Positions 40,146 through 47,776 of a DNA stretch of 64,000 nt are shown in pieces (position 1 is the stretch's first letter; each line of letters opens with the position of its first letter). The position numbers were made by a program, and so were the translations under genes. The stretch comes from Ignavibacteriota bacterium. Lineage in GTDB: Bacteria > Bacteroidota > Ignavibacteria > UBA10030. A model generated the notes under the pieces. The model had not been told where the DNA came from. It worked only from the letters and a program-made list of their open reading frames with translations, and ran no database searches. Location: positions 288,001 through 352,000 of the forward strand of contig CAVSHO010000011.1 of the NCBI GenBank assembly GCA_963727825.1. The letters run 5' to 3'.

Positions 40146-41245
40146 AGATACTCGACCGATACATCATTCGGCAGTTTCTTGTAGTATTTCTTTTCGGTTT
40201 ACTGGCATTCATTTGTATTTTCATTATTATAGATATGATGGAGAAGTTGGATGACTTCATTGACGCACAAGCTCCAACGAGTATTGTTGTTCAGTACTAC
40301 ATTGCATCAATTCCTGATATTGTCAAACTGATGATTCCTGTCGCCGTACTACTTTCGGTATTGTTTGTAACTGGCAGACTTTCTAGCCAGAACGAACTTG
40401 CTGCAATCAAATCCAGCGGAACCAGTTTGTATCGAATCATGGCACCTTTCCTAGTTGTAACACTTATCATTTGTTTTGCTTCCATCTACCTCAGCGGGTG
40501 GGCAGTTCCATATGCCAATCAGAAAAAATTCTATATTGAACGAACTCACTTGAACCGTTCCAAACAAGCAAATGTACGATACAATATTCTTTTTCAAGAA
40601 GGCAGAACACGCATCGTTTCAATCAATAACTACGATACACAAGCCAAATGCGCACGACTGATTAGCATCCAGGATTTCGACAGCAATGATATAACAATCT
40701 TACGGCATAGATACGATGCACTTCAAATGCAATGGATACAACCCAGCGGAGATGATGTACAAAAAGGGGACTGGGTTCTACTCCATGGAACTACACGTAG
40801 TTTCTCTGATTCCACACAGACTCTTGAGTCATTCGACAGTTTGATGGTTGGGAAGCTCTCGTTAACACCTTCCGATATAGAAAAAAAGCAACGGACGCCT
40901 GATGAAATGGATTATTATGAATTGCGGGAATTTATTGCAAATCAGCAACGTGCAGGACAGGATGTAGCACGGTGGTTAGTAGAGTATCATTTCAAGCTCG
41001 CATTCCCATTTGCAAATATTATTATGGTGCTCTTCGGTGTTCCGTTTGCAGCAAGCAGGCCCCGTACTGGTGCTGCACTTGGATTCGGAATTGCTACAGC
41101 AGTTACTTTTATTTACCTAGGGTTTATGAAAGCTAGTCAAGTATTTGGTTATAACGGCGATCTCAACCCCCTTTTTACTGCTTGGTTAGCAAATATCATT
41201 TTTCTTGCAGCTGGCATCGCTAATCTCTTTAGAATTCAAAAATAG
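40142..41245 (+). CDS. lptG: LPS export permease LptG
   Basis: MKILDRYI, NELAAIKSSG, KLAFPFA, AWLANI; ATG overlaps the lptF stop. Confidence 0.85.
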   Translation: MKILDRYIIRQFLVVFLFGLLAFICIFIIIDMMEKLDDFIDAQAPTSIVVQYYIASIPDIVKLMIPVAVLLSVLFVTGRLSSQNELAAIKSSGTSLYRIMAPFLVVTLIICFASIYLSGWAVPYANQKKFYIERTHLNRSKQANVRYNILFQEGRTRIVSINNYDTQAKCARLISIQDFDSNDITILRHRYDALQMQWIQPSGDDVQKGDWVLLHGTTRSFSDSTQTLESFDSLMVGKLSLTPSDIEKKQRTPDEMDYYELREFIANQQRAGQDVARWLVEYHFKLAFPFANIIMVLFGVPFAASRPRTGAALGFGIATAVTFIYLGFMKASQVFGYNGDLNPLFTAWLANIIFLAAGIANLFRIQK

Positions 41246-41316
41246 CTTTTATCTCTGAAGAATAATTATGAACGCATATTTATTATCTTTTACTATCCTC
41301 TGAATTCTTGCCTCTT

Positions 41317-41718
41317 CTATTTCAATCTTTTTTTCCGCGCTTGATGTTTGTTATACGCTTGTTCTACCATTACAGGAAGTCGCAGGGAATCCAACTCACC
41401 TTTAACGAAATATTCTGATGCTCCCCATTTATACGCTTCTTCATAAACCTCTTCCGACCCATAGCCAGTTATTAGAATTACGGGAACATCCATTTTTTTC
41501 CCATACATCCACTGTAAGACATTAATACCGCTCGTGCCCTCCATTTTATAATCTAAGAGTATAATATCGAATTGTTCCTTTTGCAAGTGAGAAAACGTTT
41601 TCTCTGCTGACTCGCAAATAACTACAGAATGTCCGCGTACGGTAAGAGCTTTTTTTAGGAGGGCGCTATAGGGGTGATCATCATCCACTACAAGTATATG
41701 AAGTGATTGTGTATTCAT
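41317..41718 (-). CDS. Single-domain response regulator
   Basis: ILVVDDD, LLDYKM, ITGYG, FVKG. Confidence 0.9.
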   Translation of the reverse strand: MNTQSLHILVVDDDHPYSALLKKALTVRGHSVVICESAEKTFSHLQKEQFDIILLDYKMEGTSGINVLQWMYGKKMDVPVILITGYGSEEVYEEAYKWGASEYFVKGELDSLRLPVMVEQAYNKHQARKKRLK

Positions 41719-41910
41719 AGCTACATTAATGACCGAAGGTAAATATGCACTTATTTATATTTAATAGTGTGCGATAAACCAAGGAAAACGCTAATTCATT
41801 TTCGTTAAGATATTTCACCGTGTCGAATTTATATATCTGGTGCTCAGCGCGATATCAAGCACATAGCACTTGGGTAAAAAAAAGAGGATAATATCTTGGA
41901 TAATACTAGT

Positions 41911-42315
41911 TTATTCTGATCTTCGTTGACGTTCTGAGCTTACCTGTTTATATACTTTAAGGACAAGTTCTGGAAGCTGAGACATATCTGACTTTCCTTT
42001 TACAAAATAATCCTTTGCTCCCCATTTCCAAGCTTCAAGAGCAATTTCTTCCGAACCATAGCCTGTAATAATTATTACCGGAATATCCATTTTCATTCCG
42101 TACATCCATTGCAGTACATTGATACCGCTTGTTCCAGGCATTTTATAATCAAGAAGCACAACATCATACTTATTCTTTTGGAGCAGACTAATCGCATCAT
42201 CTCCTGTCTCGCAAGATTCAGTGTTATGTCCACATCCTTTTAGCGTTTGTGTGAGAACAATTCGATATGTAGGTTCATCATCTACAATAAGCACATTTAA
42301 TAATTGTTCGGTCAT
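41911..42315 (-). CDS. Single-domain response regulator (paralog of the neighbour)
   Basis: VLIVDDE, LLDYKMP, ITGYG, FVKG; GGAG RBS before ATG at 42315. Confidence 0.9.
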   Translation of the reverse strand: MTEQLLNVLIVDDEPTYRIVLTQTLKGCGHNTESCETGDDAISLLQKNKYDVVLLDYKMPGTSGINVLQWMYGMKMDIPVIIITGYGSEEIALEAWKWGAKDYFVKGKSDMSQLPELVLKVYKQVSSERQRRSE

Positions 42316-42571
42316 GCCGACTCCAAAATATATGTATGATAAAAGACCTGCTTGGAAACTTTGATAAAATAACAAATCCTATCGTTGATGTTTATAAACG
42401 AATTCATAAACGGATGAAAATTAGCGAACTCATAATTCATATGCAATCTAACGATATAAAAATATTAAAATTGGATATCCTGTAAAATACACTGTCCGGA
42501 CAATGTCGTCTGATGTAAAATCCGCGTGAGGAACTATTTTATTCTTCATTGAAGCGAACACTGTTTAACAA

Positions 42572-43852
42572 TCATTCTTTTTGAGTCGTTTTTGGTCCCT
42601 TTCGGAAAACCCATACACCAACAATCGCTACTAGAAGGACACCTAATACTATCAATATATACGTCAGCCACTTTGCTCCCGGCATTACAGAGGCATGCCA
42701 TTTTTCAAATTTTGATTCAATATCTTTTTTCTGTGTATCAGAAATTTTATGCAACTCGGTTAGAGCTGGCAGCCATGTTGCATTTAGATCGGGTTGCCAT
42801 AAACTTTCATTAAAGTTCGCAAAAAGTTTATAACGTGTGTCATCGGTTTCCTTATTCACATTTTGAGTTTGCTCATCGAAGAAAGCGATAAAGTTGGCTA
42901 TAAATTCGTCACCGTTTTTAAACTCCTTTACTGCAAAACCTTTCTCTTTGAACAACAAGCTGAGTGAGCGCCACATCGCACCATCAACCTTGTCTTGCCA
43001 TATTGTGAGCATTGAATCGACTATGCCGACTTCGCTCATCTTCGATTTCCTGCTCAGATAGAGTGAAGTAAGTTTCGGTGCTAACCCAGTCCACTGTGAT
43101 TGAAATCTTTCCTGTTGTCGCACAATTGTTACAAGATCACTTCCCCTAAGTTGTGTCGATTCAAGGAAGGCAATATTATCTATAATAGATCGTTTCACAT
43201 TTCCAATGATACCGTGACGATCGAACTTGCCTATAAGCCCCTGTTTCTCAATATCCTTCATATCACCAACATTTTTGTCATATTGCATAAAAAGACTATC
43301 TGTAAGAGCGAAAACAAGCGCATCGCGTTCTTGCAGCCCTTGGCGTAGTTTTACTATCATGTTACGGAGTGAATCTATTGGTGTCTTAGAATTAAAGAGA
43401 TCGCCTGAAAGTTTTTTAACGTTTTCTGTAAGTTGCTGCACTTCAGCCATCAATGCTGCGTTTTGGTTTGTTAATTTCATTAATTGATCCGACAGCTCAC
43501 GGATTTTTACTTCCAATTCTGTGATGCGCACAATTTGACTTTCAATTACACCAAGATCCCTTTGCCGAATAAGTAGTTTGCCTCGAAGTTGTTCTATTGT
43601 TTTATCATATCCATCCGGATAATTTGCTTTATTGATGAATATTTTATCACTGCCAAATTCTTTTTCTATCTCATCAATTGAAGTACTTGCTTCAGCACAC
43701 TCTTGCATTGTCTTTGCCTGATCAATATTTTTCTCAATGGATTTAGTTAAGGTCTGAAAATGCTGAACAATAGCATAATCCGATTTTTGCTGTGCAGCAA
43801 GTATAAGATTCAAGGCTACCAGCAAAGCAATAAGTCGAATGATAGTCTTCAT
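42572..43852 (-). CDS. Hypothetical exported coiled-coil protein with C-terminal TM anchor
   Basis: Signal peptide, heptad-rich middle, hydrophobic C-terminal helix with a basic tail. Confidence 0.75.
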   Translation of the reverse strand: MKTIIRLIALLVALNLILAAQQKSDYAIVQHFQTLTKSIEKNIDQAKTMQECAEASTSIDEIEKEFGSDKIFINKANYPDGYDKTIEQLRGKLLIRQRDLGVIESQIVRITELEVKIRELSDQLMKLTNQNAALMAEVQQLTENVKKLSGDLFNSKTPIDSLRNMIVKLRQGLQERDALVFALTDSLFMQYDKNVGDMKDIEKQGLIGKFDRHGIIGNVKRSIIDNIAFLESTQLRGSDLVTIVRQQERFQSQWTGLAPKLTSLYLSRKSKMSEVGIVDSMLTIWQDKVDGAMWRSLSLLFKEKGFAVKEFKNGDEFIANFIAFFDEQTQNVNKETDDTRYKLFANFNESLWQPDLNATWLPALTELHKISDTQKKDIESKFEKWHASVMPGAKWLTYILIVLGVLLVAIVGVWVFRKGPKTTQKE

Positions 43853-44307
43853 TTTCTTTCTCCTTCAAAGACTCCATCTTCTGTTAGTAAAATGGTCTGA
43901 TTTTGTCCATTCACAAGTTGGATATACGGTACTCGCTGGTTAAATGCCGGTTCACTTAATCCATTCTCCGCTACAAAAATTTTGTTTTTGAGCTTCAAAC
44001 CACCCTTTGCCTGTTCAAATACATATACATTCTGAAATTGCGCCGCCGTAATAAAGTAAAAACCCTTCACATCGCGAATCATCCGCAAAGTCATCTTTGA
44101 GACATTAACAGAATCCTTTGTTTCGACAAAGAGGAGTTCTTTAACATTGAGTGAGAAGCTGTAACGTTCGCTCTGCACATTACCTTGACTATCCACGTTT
44201 AGGAGAGACTCGACGGGCCATGCAAAATCACCTGGTTTCAAAATCATTGATGAACAACCAGCTAAGAAAAAAATACTTAGAATTATTGGAATCAATGTCG
44301 CTTTCAT
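43849..44307 (-). CDS. Hypothetical lipoprotein
   Basis: MKATL...FFLAGC lipobox; GGAGG RBS; stop overlaps the next ATG. Confidence 0.75.
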   Translation of the reverse strand: MKATLIPIILSIFFLAGCSSMILKPGDFAWPVESLLNVDSQGNVQSERYSFSLNVKELLFVETKDSVNVSKMTLRMIRDVKGFYFITAAQFQNVYVFEQAKGGLKLKNKIFVAENGLSEPAFNQRVPYIQLVNGQNQTILLTEDGVFEGERK

Positions 44308-44520
44308 ACTACCTCCAAGATGGTTATTCAAGAGGAAATTCGCCAAATTATGCTGCACCAATGTATAAAAGGAAATTGTTGGATTCAAGTGTTATACTCT
44401 AAAAATTAACCAAATTAGCAGTATTGCTTTTCTCGTTCAGGCAAAGTACAGTTGTTGATAAAAAGAAAATGAAATCTGTGGAAGTATGATATGATCGATT
44501 ATTAGTTAATGTATTTAAGT

Positions 44521-46128
44521 TCACTTTACTTTTTCCTGCTTCCACCAGCGTGTGACAACCTCAGCAATTTTTGTTTTAGCATCACTTTGTTTCCATTTCT
44601 CATAAAATCTGATATCGCTACTATCAGGCTCCGGATTAGGATAATCGATCTGCACACGCAAAGGCATAGAGATTGCTTCGCCTACAATAAGCGCTTCGCC
44701 GACTTTAAGCGACGGTAAAACATCGGTAAGACTTGCAAATGTATCTGGCACCAACCGCTTTATGTAGTTCTGATCAAGCGGGTTCGTTAATCGCAAAACG
44801 ATATAATTGTTGCATTGCGAAAGAATTGTTTCTGAAACTTCTACTGGACGTTGACTGACTATCATACAACTAACGCCGTATTTCCTTCCTTCTTTTGCAA
44901 TACGCTCTACTGTTTTTCGGGCAGAGGCCGTAACGGTGCCTGTGCTTGGCAAATAATTGTGCGCCTCTTCAAATACCAATAGAATTGGAAAATCGCGTCG
45001 ATTTGGATTCCAAAAATTGAAATCAAATATCAAACGCGCAAGAAGTGATACTATCGTATTAACAATATCAAATGGTACGCCGCTCATATCTAGAATTGTT
45101 ACTTGCGCGCTGCCATCTGCGCCCAATATCTTCGATAATAAATCGTTTATAGCTATAGATTGAACATATTCTTTTAGGCGGAACATAAATGCGTACCGAG
45201 GATCGTTCAATTTACCATCCAACCGGACAAGGAATCTTGCAAATTTACCGTAGAAAGGCCCCTCTTTCACCGTCGCGCCCATAGTTATTTTTTCACTGTC
45301 CATGAATTGTAACTTGGCACGGATCTCGCTTAAATCATAATACACCGGAGTGTCTACTGTGATCATCATTGACATTTCCGGATTCTTTCCTTTTTTTGAC
45401 ATAATGACAAGATCTTTTAGTACAGTAATTTGGCTTGATGCATTTTCGTCTTTATCATCAATAAACATTTCACGCAGTTCGTCAAAGTTCATTAACCAAT
45501 AAGGCAATTCAAATTCTCCAATGTCGAGATGATTGCAGTTTCCCTCGAATGCCTTATAATATTCATTGTGGATATCAAGGATGATGATGTTTGTATCTGG
45601 ATACTTTGAAACTTTCTGTAAGATAGAAGCAACAGCGCATGATTTTCCGGCACCACTAGAACCAAGCACTGCGATATGCTTACCAAAAAACTTATTAGCA
45701 TCAAGAAAGGCGCGTTGGTTTTCAAACAGCGAAATCTGTCCGACAGAAAATCCATATCGCTGATACACTGCAAATGCTACAGCAAGGTCGGCATCCTCTG
45801 CAAAAAAAACTGGCATGTCAACCACAGGAAAGATAGATATGCCGCGTTCAAATCGGCCGCCTTTTACCGTGCCTACCATCGAAGCAAGAAGAATATATCG
45901 CTGCTGCGCTTGCCCATTAACATTTACGTCTTCTTTCTTCAAATCCGATACCATCCCAAGCAGTACCAATGTTCCCATAGGAATTAAGATGTAAGTTCCG
46001 ATTTGTCCGATATAATATGTTTTACCGTTAACCTCTCTTTTTAGTGAAGTGGTTTTGGGATCGAGAAGGATGGAAATAATCCCGCTATTCACCGATGCGA
46101 CGACACCGATATATTTTTGTTCCACCAT
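44521..46128 (-). CDS. HerA/DUF87-family ATPase with N-terminal HAS barrel
   Basis: GQIGTYI...FERGI HAS barrel; Walker A GSSGAGKS; LDIHNEY; Walker B LVFEEAHNY; KEGRKYG; SQRP. Confidence 0.9.
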   Translation of the reverse strand: MVEQKYIGVVASVNSGIISILLDPKTTSLKREVNGKTYYIGQIGTYILIPMGTLVLLGMVSDLKKEDVNVNGQAQQRYILLASMVGTVKGGRFERGISIFPVVDMPVFFAEDADLAVAFAVYQRYGFSVGQISLFENQRAFLDANKFFGKHIAVLGSSGAGKSCAVASILQKVSKYPDTNIIILDIHNEYYKAFEGNCNHLDIGEFELPYWLMNFDELREMFIDDKDENASSQITVLKDLVIMSKKGKNPEMSMMITVDTPVYYDLSEIRAKLQFMDSEKITMGATVKEGPFYGKFARFLVRLDGKLNDPRYAFMFRLKEYVQSIAINDLLSKILGADGSAQVTILDMSGVPFDIVNTIVSLLARLIFDFNFWNPNRRDFPILLVFEEAHNYLPSTGTVTASARKTVERIAKEGRKYGVSCMIVSQRPVEVSETILSQCNNYIVLRLTNPLDQNYIKRLVPDTFASLTDVLPSLKVGEALIVGEAISMPLRVQIDYPNPEPDSSDIRFYEKWKQSDAKTKIAEVVTRWWKQEKVK

Positions 46129-46157
46129 AGTTCAACCTTTCTCGTGCAAGATTTGTT

Positions 46158-47390
46158 TCAACTGACTCGTTTAATAACGACGATAGTTCGATCGTCGGTA
46201 TACTCTGCGCCTTCAGCAAAAAGTTCAACATCTTCAATTAATGATTTGCAAATCTCCTTTGCTCCTTTAGCCGCATACTTTTGAATATTTTCAGCAAAGC
46301 GCTTTTCTCCATAAGGCATACCGTCGCTACGAAGTGCTTCAGTAATACCATCGGTATAGATTACTGCAACATCCCCTTTTTTCAACATCGTGCTTTCCAC
46401 TCGATAATTGCCGCGAGGGAACGGACCAAGAATTAGTCCTGTCGGTTCTAACAATTCGATGCTTTTATCTTGCGTATGATAAACCATCGGACTATTGTGC
46501 CCCGCGTTAGCATATAGCATCAGGCCTTTTACACCATCTGTGAGCTCGGCGTAGAACATCGAAACAAATTGTTCTTCAGCAAATGAACGATTCACAATTT
46601 TATTGATTCCAGACATCAATGCGGCAGTTTTAGTTTGATGCGCAATTCCCATCCGCAAGGCGCCAACAACATACAACGCTTGTGCAGCAGCGCGGAATCC
46701 TTTACTCGCAGCATCGCCAACGACAATCATCAAACGATCTTTTACCTCATCTGCAAAAAGATAATCAAAGAAATCTCCGCCAACGATCCTGTCCGGCACG
46801 GAAATTCCATAAATATCGTAAAAATAGAAATGAAGAAATGGATTTGGTAAAATGCCTAATTGAATTTCCCGTGCTTTGTCAATATCCTGTTCAAGCAATC
46901 GAGCTTTTTGTTCGATACGTTTGCTACGAAGAACAGATGTGACTGCAAGACTGATAACGTTTAGATTAGGAAGAAGATCCTGATCGATAAAATCTGAATT
47001 GAATGCTAAAACATATTGGAAAACAGTTTCATTGCGGTAAGATACTTTATCTCCAATGCCTGTTGCAGAATATTTGATAATTCCTTTATTCCTAAGATAT
47101 CTATCTGTTTCATTGGCAATGATGGAACGTTGTTCAACAAGGTGCTTGAACATCGGATATCGAGCAACTTGAATGCGATAACCCGAGTCCAGTCGTTCAA
47201 TTTGTCCAATCTGGTGAATAAGGCGATATGATTCGGTCAATGGTTCGTATTGCCAAAGTCGTCCACCTTTAAGAAGAATGTCTTCGCTCTTGACAATTTC
47301 ATTGAGAACATGCTTGAGCAAATCTTTTTCTGTTCTAAATTGTTCAAGAGCAAAGCTTTCTATAGTGCGATATAATCGTCGTTGATTCAT
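46158..47390 (-). CDS. PP2C/SpoIIE (RsbU-like) Ser/Thr phosphatase with N-terminal GAF-like region
   Basis: AREIQ, VGGDFFD, VGDA, NAGH, YTDGITEA, DDRT. Confidence 0.9.
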   Translation of the reverse strand: MNQRRLYRTIESFALEQFRTEKDLLKHVLNEIVKSEDILLKGGRLWQYEPLTESYRLIHQIGQIERLDSGYRIQVARYPMFKHLVEQRSIIANETDRYLRNKGIIKYSATGIGDKVSYRNETVFQYVLAFNSDFIDQDLLPNLNVISLAVTSVLRSKRIEQKARLLEQDIDKAREIQLGILPNPFLHFYFYDIYGISVPDRIVGGDFFDYLFADEVKDRLMIVVGDAASKGFRAAAQALYVVGALRMGIAHQTKTAALMSGINKIVNRSFAEEQFVSMFYAELTDGVKGLMLYANAGHNSPMVYHTQDKSIELLEPTGLILGPFPRGNYRVESTMLKKGDVAVIYTDGITEALRSDGMPYGEKRFAENIQKYAAKGAKEICKSLIEDVELFAEGAEYTDDRTIVVIKRVS

Positions 47391-47596
47391 ACTGTACCTG
47401 AACTTAAAAGCAGGATTTCCTTATTAATCAATTTCTCGTTCTCCTTCAATCTTTCTGCTCCAAGAATATATTCAAATTCTTCCCGATATACATTAAACAA
47501 TGTCAATAGACAATCCGTAACTATGTTTCAACACTGCCGCTGATTCATAAAATCAGATCCATACGTTGTCAGTGTGAGTCCATTTATCTGTGTCAT
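47387..47596 (-). pseudogene. 70-codon small ORF with an in-frame TGA, filling the mutS-PP2C gap
   Basis: ATG 3 nt after the restored mutS stop; TGA at 47528-47530; final TGA overlaps the PP2C ATG. Confidence 0.35.
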
Positions 47597-47599
47597 TTC

Positions 47600-47776
47600 T
47601 TAATCCTTCTTTTCAAGTTTACTCTTTAGCGCTGCCAGCGTTTGCATCGCCTCCAGTGGAGTCATATGTTCGATATCGAGATTAAGTAGTTCAGCGCGCA
47701 ACCTGTCGTCTTTCACTTCAAACATCGTTAATTGCACACTCTTCTTGTCGATTCTCACCTCTTGCAACCTTTTTTT
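47600..47776 (-). other. mutS: Frameshifted MutS C-terminal tail
   Basis: +1 frame reads RIDKKSVQLTMFEVKDDRLRAELLNLDIEHMTPLEAMQTLAALKSKLEKKD-stop. Confidence 0.85.

Noticed and set aside
2469-47596. Genome-wide stop-codon recoding to explain the in-frame stops
   Set aside because: The three internal stops differ (TAA 4780, TAG 9548, TGA 47528) and all three codons end normal genes in this window
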